Shown piece after piece: positions 14,658-26,904 of a DNA stretch of 64,000 nucleotides. Below the pieces are notes generated by a model that saw nothing but the letters and a program-made list of their open reading frames with translations, did not search any database and was not told the origin of the DNA. The DNA is from an uncultured Haloferula sp. (GTDB lineage Bacteria; Verrucomicrobiota; Verrucomicrobiia; Verrucomicrobiales; Akkermansiaceae). Numbering within the stretch: position 1 is the first letter of the stretch; every line of letters starts with the position of its first letter. The stretch covers positions 32,001 through 96,000 of the forward strand of contig CBFGTS010000003.1 in the NCBI GenBank assembly GCA_965652295.1. The letters are read 5' to 3'. The position numbers and the translations under genes were made by a program.

Positions 14658-15590
14658 ATGGAACCGATCACCTTCAAGCCCCTCTACATGCAGCGCGTCT
14701 GGGGCGGCCGGATGCTGGAATCCGCCTACAAGCGCACCCTGCCGGACGACGCACCTTACGGCGAGTCCTGGGAAGTGGTGGATCGCGAGAAGGAACAATC
14801 GGTGGTGCGCGGCGGTCCGCTCGCCGGCAGCACGCTGCACGAGTTGTGGACCACGCAGCGTGAGGAGATCTTTGGCCACGATTTGCCGGATTCGCCCCGT
14901 TTCCCGCTGCTGATCAAGGTTCTCGACGCCCGTGACGATCTCTCGATCCAGGTCCACCCGCCCGTCGATCTCGCCCCCTCTCTCGGCGGCGAGCCGAAGA
15001 CGGAGATGTGGTACATCGCCGAGGCCGACCCGGGGGCGAAACTTTACGTGGGTCTGAAAAACGGCGTCACCCGCGAGGACTTCGACCGGGCGCTGGCCGA
15101 TGGCAGCGTGGCGGATGTGGTCCACGCGATCGAGCCGAAGACGGGCGACTCCATCTTCATCCCCTCCGGCCGGCTGCACGCCATCGGCGCGGGGTTCCTG
15201 ATCCACGAAATCCAGCAGAACTCCGACACCACCTACCGCGTCTTCGACTGGAACCGCGTGGGGCTCGATGGCAAGCCGCGCGATCTCCACGTCGAGGAGT
15301 CGCTCAAGAGCATCGACTTCGACGACTTCGAGCCCGGCATGGACGAACCGGACGGCTCCGTGATCGCCAGCTGCGACTATTTCCGCGTCGAGAAACTGGC
15401 ACTGGCACCCGGAGCCTCCGCAGGCAATGCCACCGAAAGCCGTTTCTCGATCTTCTCCGTGGCGGAAGGCCAGGTCACCTCGCACGACGGACGCATTTTC
15501 AAAAAAGGGGCCTTCCTGCTCATGCCCCGCGGCACCGGCAAGCTCACTGCCAGCGGTCGCGCCACGCTGCTACGCACGACGCTGCCTTGA
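14658..15590 (+). CDS. manA: Mannose-6-phosphate isomerase, class I
   Basis: RVWGG, GESWE, FPLLIKVLDA, LSIQVHP, KTEMWY, HAIG, EIQQNSDTTYRVFDW. Confidence 0.93.
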   Translation: MEPITFKPLYMQRVWGGRMLESAYKRTLPDDAPYGESWEVVDREKEQSVVRGGPLAGSTLHELWTTQREEIFGHDLPDSPRFPLLIKVLDARDDLSIQVHPPVDLAPSLGGEPKTEMWYIAEADPGAKLYVGLKNGVTREDFDRALADGSVADVVHAIEPKTGDSIFIPSGRLHAIGAGFLIHEIQQNSDTTYRVFDWNRVGLDGKPRDLHVEESLKSIDFDDFEPGMDEPDGSVIASCDYFRVEKLALAPGASAGNATESRFSIFSVAEGQVTSHDGRIFKKGAFLLMPRGTGKLTASGRATLLRTTLP

Positions 15591-15616
15591 CCAGCCCGGT
15601 GACGTGACCTCCCGAG

Positions 15617-16081
15617 TCACACCTTCACGCCCGCCATCGAACAAACCTTCTTGAAGTGCTTCGGCTCAACCGGGGTGATCGACAGCCGCGTGCCGCGCTT
15701 CGTCACCAGCATCCCGTCGAGGGCCGGCTCGGCCTTGAGCTGATCGAGGGTCACCATCTCGGGGAACTTCTTCACGAACTCGAAATCGACCATCAGCCAG
15801 CGCGGCTCGCCGGGGTCCGATTTCGGGTCGTGGTAGTCGGACTTGGGGTCGAACTGGAGCGGATCGGGATAGGCCCCGCTGACCACCCGGGCGATCCCGA
15901 CCACGCCGGGCGGCTTGGCATTCGAGTGATAAAACAGAGCGAGATCGCCGAGATCCATCCCGTCGCGCATGAAATTCCGGGCCTGGTAGTTGCGGATGCC
16001 GTTCCACGGCTCGCGCCCGACACGTTCGAGGTCGTCGATGCCGAACACGTCGGGCTCCGATTTGATCAGCCAATAGCGCAT
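15617..16081 (-). CDS. EVE domain protein
   Basis: YWLIKSEP, WNGIRNYQARNFMR, FYHSN, RLSITPV. Confidence 0.93.
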   Translation of the reverse strand: MRYWLIKSEPDVFGIDDLERVGREPWNGIRNYQARNFMRDGMDLGDLALFYHSNAKPPGVVGIARVVSGAYPDPLQFDPKSDYHDPKSDPGEPRWLMVDFEFVKKFPEMVTLDQLKAEPALDGMLVTKRGTRLSITPVEPKHFKKVCSMAGVKV

Positions 16082-16131
16082 GCCGACCCATCCCGCGTGA
16101 CGCGATTTCCGGCAAGCACAATGGAGCGTCT

Positions 16132-16791
16132 GTGATAGCTTCGGACGTGAATGTGATCGCCGAAAGAGAACTGATGATCCGCCGGCAGCTCGCCGACCGG
16201 GGCATCCGGGATTCTCGGGTGCTGGACGCGTTCCGCGCGGTGCCGCGGGAGGACTTTTTACCTGAAGACGAGCGCGGGCTCGCCTATGAAGACCGGCCGC
16301 TGCCGTTACTTCACGGCCAGACGATCTCGCAGCCTTACATTGTTGCCAAGATGGCCGATCTGCTGCGTTTGCCGGAAAACGCCCACGTGCTTGAGATTGG
16401 TGCCGGCTGCGGTTTCCAGACCGCCATCCTCGCCCACATCGCACGCGACGTCTGCGCCATCGAGTGGTTTCGCGACCTCGCCACCATCGCCACGCGAAAC
16501 CTGCTGAGCTTGGGTTTCACCCACATCGAGGTGATCCATGGCGATGGCCTCCAGGGGTGGCCGGATCATGAACGGACCTTCGATGGCGTCGTGATTTCCT
16601 TCGCCGTTCCGGAGGTTCCGCAGGTCCTGCTCGATTCGCTGGCTCCACAAGGTCGGCTGGTCGCGCCGGTGGGCAATGAAAACCTCCAGACCTTGAGGGT
16701 TTACCAGCGCCGGGCGGAGGGCGGCTTCGACGTCAGCGAGCACGACTCCGTGCGCTTCGTCCGCCGCCAGCTTGACGATCCCTCAGAATAG
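16132..16791 (+). CDS. pcm: Protein-L-isoaspartate O-methyltransferase
   Basis: VPREDF, AYEDRPLP, GQTISQPY, VLEIGAGCGFQTA, GRLVAPVG. Confidence 0.92.
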   Translation: MIASDVNVIAERELMIRRQLADRGIRDSRVLDAFRAVPREDFLPEDERGLAYEDRPLPLLHGQTISQPYIVAKMADLLRLPENAHVLEIGAGCGFQTAILAHIARDVCAIEWFRDLATIATRNLLSLGFTHIEVIHGDGLQGWPDHERTFDGVVISFAVPEVPQVLLDSLAPQGRLVAPVGNENLQTLRVYQRRAEGGFDVSEHDSVRFVRRQLDDPSE

Positions 16792-17832
16792 CTCGGCCTG
16801 CCCCGGCATCCGGCGGCGGAAATGCTCGCAGGTCACGTCCGGCACCGTCGTCGGCAGCTCAAGCCTGCGACAGGTCGCGTGAAAAAGCGCCCGCATTTGC
16901 TCCGCGGCGAGGCCACTCCCACGCATCCGCTCGCCGGCCACGGTGCTGTTGAGGCGTCCCTCACGCGCCGCACGGATGCGACCGAGAATCTTCTCCTTTG
17001 ATCCCGGCCGATGGCGGTCGAGCCAGTCGCCGAAAATCCCCGCCACCGCACCCGGCAGGCGGACCATCGAATAGGCCGCGAAGTCCCCCCCGATCTCCTT
17101 GACCGCATTCAAGATGGCGGGCAGTTCGTGGTCGTTCAGCCCGGGAATCATCGGTGCCGCGCTGACACCACAAGGCACTCCGGCGGCTGCCAGCGTCCGC
17201 ACCGCCTCCAGCCGCGCGCGAGGCGAGGAAGCCCGGGGTTCCAGGATTCGCGCCAGGGCGGGATCGAGCGTCGTGATCGAAAGGTACACCGCCACCGCCT
17301 TCCATTTCGCCAGCTCGGCCAGGTGATCGAGGTCGCGCGTCACCAGGGCATTTTTCGTGATGAGGACCACCGGCTGACGAAACGCCGCCATGACCCGGAG
17401 GCAGCCGCGGGTCAGCTCCAGCTTGCGTTCGACCGGCTGATAGCAATCCGTCACGCCGCTCATCGAGATCTTCCCCGGCCTGTATCCCCGCCGCGCCAAG
17501 GCCACTTCCAGCAGCCGGGGTGCCTCAGGCTTCACCACGATGCGTGATTCGAAATCCAGCCCCGCGGAAAACCCGAGATACTCGTGGTAAGTACGAGCGT
17601 AGCAGTAGCTGCACCCATGTTCGCAGCCGCGGTAGGGATTCACGCCGTAGTCGAACGAGAGGTCCGTCGCTGAATTGCGGGCAAGGATTTCCTGCGAATC
17701 ATCGCGGAGGAAAAGCGTCCGCAACGGCCGCGGGTCCTCCTCCACCCACGCGTCCTCGTCCACCTCGACGCGCATCGCCTCGAACCGGTTCGCCGGGTTG
17801 CCGCCCGCCCCTCTTCCCCGAAATGCGTTCAC
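16783..17832 (-). CDS. PA0069/Rv2578c-family radical SAM protein (SplB-like)
   Basis: NPYRGCEHGCSYCYAR (CxxxCxxC), GLDFESRI, TDCYQPVER, LEPRAS; start chosen at GTG 17832. Confidence 0.9.
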   Translation of the reverse strand: MNAFRGRGAGGNPANRFEAMRVEVDEDAWVEEDPRPLRTLFLRDDSQEILARNSATDLSFDYGVNPYRGCEHGCSYCYARTYHEYLGFSAGLDFESRIVVKPEAPRLLEVALARRGYRPGKISMSGVTDCYQPVERKLELTRGCLRVMAAFRQPVVLITKNALVTRDLDHLAELAKWKAVAVYLSITTLDPALARILEPRASSPRARLEAVRTLAAAGVPCGVSAAPMIPGLNDHELPAILNAVKEIGGDFAAYSMVRLPGAVAGIFGDWLDRHRPGSKEKILGRIRAAREGRLNSTVAGERMRGSGLAAEQMRALFHATCRRLELPTTVPDVTCEHFRRRMPGQAELF

Positions 17833-17957
17833 TTGAACACATTCAGAGAAGACCAGGCAGAGAACAAGTGGTTTCTTTCCGCGCGTCGCAGGAAAGCAAC
17901 GCGTGCTTGTCCGAGTGGTCACGTTCAGGGATCAGCTCCCGGTCGCGCCACTCCCGG

Positions 17958-18965
17958 TCATGAATCCTCAGGAAAGGATGAGGTTACTTTCAGCGTGTCC
18001 CCGGTGTCCTCGATTTCGAACAGACGGATGCGGGTCTGCGGGCCGCCGTTCGGGGTGTGGAGGGTCATCATGAGCTGCCCGTCGAAGCGCTTGAAAAGCA
18101 TGCTGTGGCCCCCGTCGGCGGTGTAGAGCGGCTCCGGGCGCTGGACCCACGGGCCGGCAAGCTTGCCGGACTCAGAGACGGCCACGCCCACGCTGTAACC
18201 GGTCTCGCTGAAGCTCGACCATGGCATCATCAGCGCACCGGACTTGCTGCGGTGGATCCACGGCCCGTCGGTGACGTAGCAGCCGTGCTCGGGCGAGGCG
18301 CGGTTCCACCCGGCCTCGCTGCCGCGGAAAAGGAGCTTCGGCTCTCCGATAACGGCGGAGAGGTCGTCCTTGAGTTGGATCATCTCGACGGTGCCATTGG
18401 AAACCTGGACCCACTCGTGGCAGTAGATCATGTAGGGCACGCCGTTCTCCTCCCACAAAGTGCCGTCGAGGGTCATCATGTCGGCGGGCAGGGTCGGTTC
18501 GTTCGAGAAGGCCCGGTAGGGGCCGAGCGGGGAATCGGCGACCACCACCTGGCTGGCGCGGCGGACCTGTGGCGGCCAGTTTTCCCAGCCATCGCCCCAC
18601 TCGTTCCACTGCGGGCCGAACTCCGCGGTGCTGTCGAATGTGAGGAAAAGGTAGTATTTCCCGCGGTAGGCGTGGATCTCCGGTGCCCAGATGCCGCGGA
18701 TCTCGACGTTTTCTCCCCACATCTCCTTCGGCGTCTCGTAAACGATGTGCGGGCCCTCCCACTCCACGAGGTCCTTGCTGGTGTAGGCGCGCACCGCGGC
18801 CCCGCGGGCGGAGGCGACGAGATAATAGGTCTGGGTTTCAGGGTCCGGCAGGATGCAGGCATCCCGCATGTGGATGTCCGAGAGCTTTTCGGTGCGGATC
18901 TCCGGTCCCTCCTGGGCGCGGAGGACGGAGAGGGAGGCGAGAGCCGCCAGGAGAAATCGGATCAT
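17958..18965 (-). CDS. Secreted GH43 glycoside hydrolase
   Basis: Signal peptide; MRDACI, WAPEIH, TLDGTL, CHEW, VTDGP, DGGHSMLF beta-propeller motifs. Confidence 0.9.
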   Translation of the reverse strand: MIRFLLAALASLSVLRAQEGPEIRTEKLSDIHMRDACILPDPETQTYYLVASARGAAVRAYTSKDLVEWEGPHIVYETPKEMWGENVEIRGIWAPEIHAYRGKYYLFLTFDSTAEFGPQWNEWGDGWENWPPQVRRASQVVVADSPLGPYRAFSNEPTLPADMMTLDGTLWEENGVPYMIYCHEWVQVSNGTVEMIQLKDDLSAVIGEPKLLFRGSEAGWNRASPEHGCYVTDGPWIHRSKSGALMMPWSSFSETGYSVGVAVSESGKLAGPWVQRPEPLYTADGGHSMLFKRFDGQLMMTLHTPNGGPQTRIRLFEIEDTGDTLKVTSSFPEDS

Positions 18966-19072
18966 GAGCGATGCTGGGGTTTTGGGTTGGATGGAACCAC
19001 GGGTGACCGGGAACTACGCGGATGGAGCCGTCCGTTTTGCAGGCATTCGAGGCCCGGAGGGACTTTCCCCCG

Positions 19073-19963
19073 TCACGGCTTGGCGAAATCGACGAGCGCG
19101 GCGAGCAGGTCGGCCGGCGTGCCGAAATCGAAGCGGCGGGCTTCGGTCATTTCCATGGCCACGTAGCCCTCGCGCTCACGCTGGATCTCCTGCGCGCGGG
19201 TGAGCTGGAACTCGTTCTTGTCGCGGATGTCATCGCGGATCATCCCGCCGAGCACATCGAAGATCGAGGGCCCGAGCAGGTGCATGCCGAACCAGCCGAG
19301 AAATTCGTCGTCGCCGAGGCCATCGACACGCAACTCACGACGCGCGGTTTCGACGTCGGGTTTCTCGATGATCTTCGTAACATCGATCAGCCGGGGATCA
19401 TCAGTGAAGCGCCGGCCCGCGATGGTGCCGTAGCCCTTGAGCTGGTCGGGCGCGATGCGGTTGACGGCGGAAACCGATCGACCGCCGCTGCGGCTCCATG
19501 CCTCGGCGAGTTCGGCGGAGGGGGGCACGGATCTGCCACGGAAAAGATGATCGCCGAGACACAACAGGAACGGCTCGCCCGCGACGAAATCACGGGCCTG
19601 ATAGACGGCGTGACCGTAGCCTTCCTGCTCGTGCTGCACGGCGAAGGTCACGCGTTTCCCCAGCTCGCGCATGCGCAGGGCCTCGGCATGAAGCTCGGGA
19701 TTCTTTTCGAGCCGCTTGAGGTAGGCATCGTCCGGCCCATCGGTGTAGGCGCGCACGGTGGCTTCCTCGCCGGGCTGGACGATGATGCAGATTTCCTCGA
19801 AGCCGGCGGCGTCGAGATCCAGCAGGTGGTAGTGAAGCAGCGCGCGGGCGATGCCATCCGGCCCGACCACCGGAAAGAGTTCCTTTTTCACCGCGTGCGA
19901 GGCGGGAAAAAGCCGGGTGCCGAGACCGGCAACGGGAACGACGGCTTTGCGAACGGAAGACAT
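19073..19963 (-). CDS. Sugar-1-phosphate nucleotidyltransferase (GalU-like)
   Basis: KAVVPVAGLGTRLFPAS..VKKEL, Q..QEGYGHAV, LGDH, IIEKP, FDFGTP. Confidence 0.88.
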   Translation of the reverse strand: MSSVRKAVVPVAGLGTRLFPASHAVKKELFPVVGPDGIARALLHYHLLDLDAAGFEEICIIVQPGEEATVRAYTDGPDDAYLKRLEKNPELHAEALRMRELGKRVTFAVQHEQEGYGHAVYQARDFVAGEPFLLCLGDHLFRGRSVPPSAELAEAWSRSGGRSVSAVNRIAPDQLKGYGTIAGRRFTDDPRLIDVTKIIEKPDVETARRELRVDGLGDDEFLGWFGMHLLGPSIFDVLGGMIRDDIRDKNEFQLTRAQEIQREREGYVAMEMTEARRFDFGTPADLLAALVDFAKP

Positions 19964-19965
19964 GG

Positions 19966-21417
19966 TTAGAGAATGGTGCAGCCCCAGCCGGCAGCATCGA
20001 AGGAGTAGCGGCGGGCGCGGAACTCGACCGCGCCCTCGGAAGTGCCGGTAAAGATGTCGGGCAGGGTGCCGATACGCTTGGAGTATGCCTCGGCGATCTT
20101 CGGAACGTGTTCCTGGAGTGCTTCCTTTTTCCCGAAGACCGCCACCGTGCCGCCCGCGCCGCCACCGGTGATCTTCGCGCCGTAGAGCCCGGACGCCGCG
20201 CCGCGCTTGCGGACGGCCTCGACCAAGGCATCGACATCGGGAACGGAAAGGTGGCAGTTGTCACGGTAGCTCGCGTGGGCCTCGTACATGCACCGGCCGG
20301 CCTCGATCAGCGCCGCCTCGTCGCCCGTCCGCGCCGCGCGCAGGGCCTCCATGAAGCGCAGGACCCGCGCGTTTTCCAGGATGGGATGCTCGGTGGTCCC
20401 GCGGACCAGATAGGTCGCCCCGGTTTGGACGGTGGTCACCGTATCTTCGTGGGAGCCGTAGCGTTCGAGAAATTCGGCCCCCTCCAATGTCTCGGGGAGC
20501 TGCGGGCGGTATCGGGCGGTCCACTCTTCCGGAGTGATCTCGGCGAGGTAGTCGACCGGCGGCTCGCCGGCTTGCTTGCGGATCTCATTGATCATCCGGC
20601 GGCCCATGAAGGCGCCGACACGGACGCTGCCGTATTCCTGGCCGCCGACCGAGTGCCGGACCATCGAATTGATCCCGACGAAAGCGGTGCCAGCCGGGAT
20701 TTCCACCGTGCCCTCGACCGATCCGGGCCGGCAGAGGATGTGGGTAAGGCAGTCCTTCTTGCCGGAGGCCACCGCGATCTGATCCATCGACCCGCAGGGA
20801 GCGCCGACCACGTGGTTCTCGGCGATCTGGGCGAGACGGGCGATGCGCGAAGCGCTGAGGTCGAGGCCGAGGTAGGCGTTGAGGCAACAGATCGTGCCGA
20901 CCTCGGTAGCGGCGGACGAGCCGATCCCGACGTTCATCGGCACGCCGCTCAGAAACAGCATGCTGAAGCCGTAGGGCAGCTCGATGTTCTCCTCACGCAG
21001 CACGGTGAAGATCGATCCACCGATGTAGGCGGCCCAGTTGGCGAGCGGATTGCGTCGGCAGGTACTGCGGACCTCGTCGTAATCGGCGGTGCCATCGCCA
21101 TTGCGGAAGTAGTCGAGCGGGATGCGCGTTTCCACCGGCAGGTTCCTCTCGCCCATCTGGGCGGTGCGGATCCGCAGGGTGCGGTCGGTGCGGGGCTGGA
21201 GCGCGATCAGATTCCCGCTGCCGAGCACCGCTTCGCACACGTTGGCTCCAGAGTAGTCGGCGATCCCGCCCATCACATCGAGCCGCGCAGGGACCCGCGC
21301 CACCCAGATCTGGCCGGGGTTGAAAAAACCGGCGAGGCCGGTGGGGTCGCTATTAGGCAGGGCCAGGAGCCGCTCGAACTCCAACAACTCGGGGGGCAAA
21401 TCGGGGATTACACTCAT
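19966..21417 (-). CDS. GHMP sugar kinase resembling the kinase domain of plant L-arabinokinase (ARA1)
   Basis: PARLDVMGGIADYSG, PMNVGIGSSAA, CGSMDQ, HSVGG.EYGSVRVGAFMG, HPILENARV, GAKITGGGAGG. Confidence 0.8.
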   Translation of the reverse strand: MSVIPDLPPELLEFERLLALPNSDPTGLAGFFNPGQIWVARVPARLDVMGGIADYSGANVCEAVLGSGNLIALQPRTDRTLRIRTAQMGERNLPVETRIPLDYFRNGDGTADYDEVRSTCRRNPLANWAAYIGGSIFTVLREENIELPYGFSMLFLSGVPMNVGIGSSAATEVGTICCLNAYLGLDLSASRIARLAQIAENHVVGAPCGSMDQIAVASGKKDCLTHILCRPGSVEGTVEIPAGTAFVGINSMVRHSVGGQEYGSVRVGAFMGRRMINEIRKQAGEPPVDYLAEITPEEWTARYRPQLPETLEGAEFLERYGSHEDTVTTVQTGATYLVRGTTEHPILENARVLRFMEALRAARTGDEAALIEAGRCMYEAHASYRDNCHLSVPDVDALVEAVRKRGAASGLYGAKITGGGAGGTVAVFGKKEALQEHVPKIAEAYSKRIGTLPDIFTGTSEGAVEFRARRYSFDAAGWGCTIL

Positions 21418-21531
21418 CCTTCCGGGGCAACACGCGACGCCCGGCCCCATAAGTCAAGACAGCAGCCGGATTCCGAACGACATCCGCGACAAACTCTTGA
21501 CCCTCCTTCCGCTCAATCGAGGATCACGTTC

Positions 21532-23454
21532 ATGAAACGCTTCTTCATCCTGGTCGGCTGCGCGGCACCGGCCCTCGCCGCCGATCTTTCCCTCACCAGC
21601 CCCGACCAGAAGCTTCAGGTGGAGGTTTCCCTCACCGAAGCCGGCGAACCTCGATACACCGTCACGCGCGAGGGCACCCCTGTTCTTCGGGAATCCAAGC
21701 TGGGTTTGGTCCGCGAGGACGCCGACTTCACCCGCGGACTGAAGCTGGCAGGAAAAGCCATCACCTCGCAGGTCACCGACCACTACACGATCTCGAATGC
21801 GAAGCGCCGTGAAAACCGCTACGAGGCCAACCGCGGGGTGCTCCCGCTGGTCGATGCCGAGGGCCGGAAAATGGAGATCGTGTTCCAGGTCTCCAACGAC
21901 GGCCTCGGCTTCCGCTACCGTTTCCCGGAAACCGACGCCAGCGTGCGGAAAATGGAGTCCGAGGCGACCACCTTCCATTTCCCCGACGAGACCCGCGCCT
22001 GGCTCCAGCCGATGTCCGTGGCCAAGACCGGCTGGGCGAAAACGAACCCCTCCTACGAAGAACACTATCAGATGGACATCCCGGCGGGCACGCCCTCGAC
22101 CCTCGGAGCCGGCTGGGTTTATCCTGCTCTCTTCCGCACCGGCGAGACCTGGGTGCTGCTCAGCGAGGCCGCGCCGAACCGACAATACTGCAACACCCGC
22201 CTCGCCCACGAATCGCCCGGCGGCGAATACGGCGTCGCCTTCCCCGATCCGCGGGAAGTCATCACCGGCGGCGTCAGCCACCCGCAGGGCAAACTGCCCT
22301 GGGTCACCCCGTGGCGCGTGGTCGCGGTCGGCAGCTTGAAGACGATCACCGAATCGATGCTCGGCGTCGATCTCGCCGACAAGCCGGCCGACGGCGCGAA
22401 GCCCGCTACTCCGGGCATCGCTTCGTGGTCGTGGCCGCTGCTCGGCGACAGAAGCTGCAATTTCGAGACCCAGAAGCAGTTCATCGATTACGCCGCCGAG
22501 ATGGGCTGGCGCTACACGCTTATTGATGCCCTGTGGGACAAGCAGATCGGCACGCCGAAACTCAAACAGCTGCTCCGCCATGCCCGCAGCAAGAACGTCG
22601 AGATCCTGCTCTGGTACAACTCCGTCGGCGATTGGAACGAAGCCCCGCAGACCCCGAAAGACCGGATGCTCACCCAGGAAAGCCGGAAGAAGGAATTCGA
22701 ATGGCTCAAGGAGCTCGGCGTGGCGGGAATCAAAGTCGATTTCTTTGCAGGCGACGGGCAGTCGGTCGTGAACTACCAGCTCGACATCCTCGAAGAGTCG
22801 GCACCCTACGGCCTCGCCATCAATTTCCACGGCACCACCCTGCCCCGCGGCCTCCAGCGGACCTACCCGCATTTCATGACCGCCGAGGCGATCAAAGGCC
22901 AGGAGTTCATCACCTTCGGGCAGGGAAACGCCGACCAGCAACCCACCCACTGCACCGTCATCCCGTTCACCCGCAACGTCTTCGATCCGATGGACTTCAC
23001 CCCGATGGTCCTCGACAAACTCAACGATCGCGTCACGCGTCGCACGACCGCCGCCTACGAGCTGGCGCTGCCCGTCCTCTTCACCTCCGGCATCCAGCAC
23101 ATGGCCGAGGTCCCGACCGGCCTCGCCAAGGCACCGGAGTATGTGAAAAACTTCCTCAAGAAACTCCCGGAATCCTGGGACGACTCGCGCTTCATCGACG
23201 GCTTTCCCGGGAAATATGTCGTGATGGCCCGCCGCTCGGGCAAGCACTGGTTCGTCTGCGGCATCAACGGCCTCGATGATCCCCGCAAGCTCCAGCTCGA
23301 TCTCTCCGAACTCGGCGTCAGCCAGGGCCGCATCATCACCAACGGCAGCGACAGCGAACTGGGCTTCTCCATGCAGGACGTCAGCGTCGCGGAAAACGGC
23401 GGCCTGCCCGTGGAAATCGCGCCGAAGGGCGGATTTGTCATCGTGCTGCAATGA
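21532..23454 (+). CDS. Secreted GH97 alpha-glucosidase/alpha-galactosidase
   Basis: Signal peptide; SPD.KL, NDGLGFRY, TPWRV, LIDALW, GIKVDFF, NFHG, MDFTP. Confidence 0.92.
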   Translation: MKRFFILVGCAAPALAADLSLTSPDQKLQVEVSLTEAGEPRYTVTREGTPVLRESKLGLVREDADFTRGLKLAGKAITSQVTDHYTISNAKRRENRYEANRGVLPLVDAEGRKMEIVFQVSNDGLGFRYRFPETDASVRKMESEATTFHFPDETRAWLQPMSVAKTGWAKTNPSYEEHYQMDIPAGTPSTLGAGWVYPALFRTGETWVLLSEAAPNRQYCNTRLAHESPGGEYGVAFPDPREVITGGVSHPQGKLPWVTPWRVVAVGSLKTITESMLGVDLADKPADGAKPATPGIASWSWPLLGDRSCNFETQKQFIDYAAEMGWRYTLIDALWDKQIGTPKLKQLLRHARSKNVEILLWYNSVGDWNEAPQTPKDRMLTQESRKKEFEWLKELGVAGIKVDFFAGDGQSVVNYQLDILEESAPYGLAINFHGTTLPRGLQRTYPHFMTAEAIKGQEFITFGQGNADQQPTHCTVIPFTRNVFDPMDFTPMVLDKLNDRVTRRTTAAYELALPVLFTSGIQHMAEVPTGLAKAPEYVKNFLKKLPESWDDSRFIDGFPGKYVVMARRSGKHWFVCGINGLDDPRKLQLDLSELGVSQGRIITNGSDSELGFSMQDVSVAENGGLPVEIAPKGGFVIVLQ

Positions 23455-23515
23455 TCGGGCTCCGGCATCCGCCGTGCTCCGCAAATCCTTTGACCCCCGC
23501 GGCCCGTTTCCCTAA

Positions 23516-25747
<2,232 letters not shown>

Positions 25748-25762
25748 GGTATTTTTCGGACT

Positions 25763-25843
25763 GCTCCGACATGTCGGAGCTTTCTCCTCCGAGCCGCTCC
25801 CCGCTCGCGACCGTCACCCCGGAGCCAACATGTCGGCTCCGGG
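25763..25843. repeat. Pair of ACATGT-centred palindromes (REP-like)
   Basis: Perfect 18-bp GCTCCGACATGTCGGAGC (25763-25780) and near-perfect 26-bp CCCGGAGCCAACATGTCGGCTCCGGG (25818-25843). Confidence 0.7.
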
Positions 25844-25926
25844 ACAGCTCACCCGGCAACTCCCGGCCCCACCCTCAAAGCCCGCCCACCCTTGCGTCGC
25901 TCGTCCCTGGGTCCTACTTTCTGCCG

Positions 25927-26586
25927 GTGCTCCGCCCCCACATCAGCCTCAATTTCGCCCTCTCCGCCGACGGCAGGATCACCTCCGTCGCAGGCATTTC
26001 CTCGGGCTGGACTTCGCAAGCCGACAAGGACCGCCTGCTCCATCTCCGCCGATCCGCCGACGCCATCCTCGTCGGCCGGGGCACGCTCGAAGCCGACCGC
26101 ATGACCATGACCGCGCCGCAAAACCCGCTGCGCTGCGTGGTCTCCGGAAAGGGCCGCTTCGATCCCACTCACCCGCTCTTCCACACACCCGGCGGGCCGA
26201 TCCATCTTCTCGGAATCGAAAACCCGCCCGAGCCGGTGGGCGAAGCGACGCTCCACCACGCCAGCCTCGCGGACTTCCTCGGATCGCTCCACCGCGACCA
26301 CGGCATCCGCCACCTCCACTGCGAGGGCGGCGGCACGCTCGTCCGGGCCCTTGCGGAAATGGACGCCATCGATGAAATCCACCTCACCTGGGCGGCCCAC
26401 ACCCTCTTCGGCGGGCGCAGCGCCCCCGGACTCGCCGGCCCCCCCGGCGATTTCCTGCCCGCATCCCGCCGCTTCGAACTCACCGACTTCGATCCCCGCT
26501 CGGAGCTCGGTGAATGCTTCCTGACCTACCGACGCGTCTCCGCAGCCGCCGACTCATCCGATCCGCCCTCTCAAGGGCCGTCGTGA
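25927..26586 (+). CDS. RibD C-terminal / DHFR-like reductase
   Basis: RPHISLNFALSADGRI, RRSADAILVGRGT, CEGGGTL, IDEIHL; start chosen at GTG 25927. Confidence 0.85.
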   Translation: MLRPHISLNFALSADGRITSVAGISSGWTSQADKDRLLHLRRSADAILVGRGTLEADRMTMTAPQNPLRCVVSGKGRFDPTHPLFHTPGGPIHLLGIENPPEPVGEATLHHASLADFLGSLHRDHGIRHLHCEGGGTLVRALAEMDAIDEIHLTWAAHTLFGGRSAPGLAGPPGDFLPASRRFELTDFDPRSELGECFLTYRRVSAAADSSDPPSQGPS

Positions 26587-26655
26587 TTCCGGGGGCGAAA
26601 AACGGATGCATCACAATTCTTGCGACTCCGTTTCAGAAGAAGCAGCATCCGCTTC

Positions 26656-26889
26656 ATGGAAACCTTCGAGAAGGCCTTCATCGAGCAGCATGCCGCCCTG
26701 GACCAGGTCATCGAGAAGGGGCTCGCCCTTCAGCAGTTCCGGTCGCGCCACGCCGAGGACGAATGGTCGCCCGAGATCGGGACCGAGCTCCAGCAGCTTC
26801 TTGAAGGAGTCACCGCCGCCGCGGAAACACTCAGCGTCCGGACCCGGCGGGTTTCCTCGATGCACCGCGAAAAACTCAGCGGGTGCTGA
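26656..26889 (+). CDS. Small hypothetical helical protein (77 aa)
   Basis: Host-like codon usage, ATG start, followed by a hairpin with T tract. Confidence 0.55.
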   Translation: METFEKAFIEQHAALDQVIEKGLALQQFRSRHAEDEWSPEIGTELQQLLEGVTAAAETLSVRTRRVSSMHREKLSGC

Positions 26890-26904
26890 CCCTCCTTCCC
26901 CGCA

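Noticed and set aside
15617..17832. EVE + pcm + radical SAM as a modified-base defence or repair system
   Set aside because: Mixed orientations, each a widespread stand-alone gene, no nuclease or DNA methyltransferase partner
20107..21531. Apparent 475-aa N-terminal extension of GH97
   Set aside because: Antisense to the GHMP kinase; a signal peptide begins at ATG 21532
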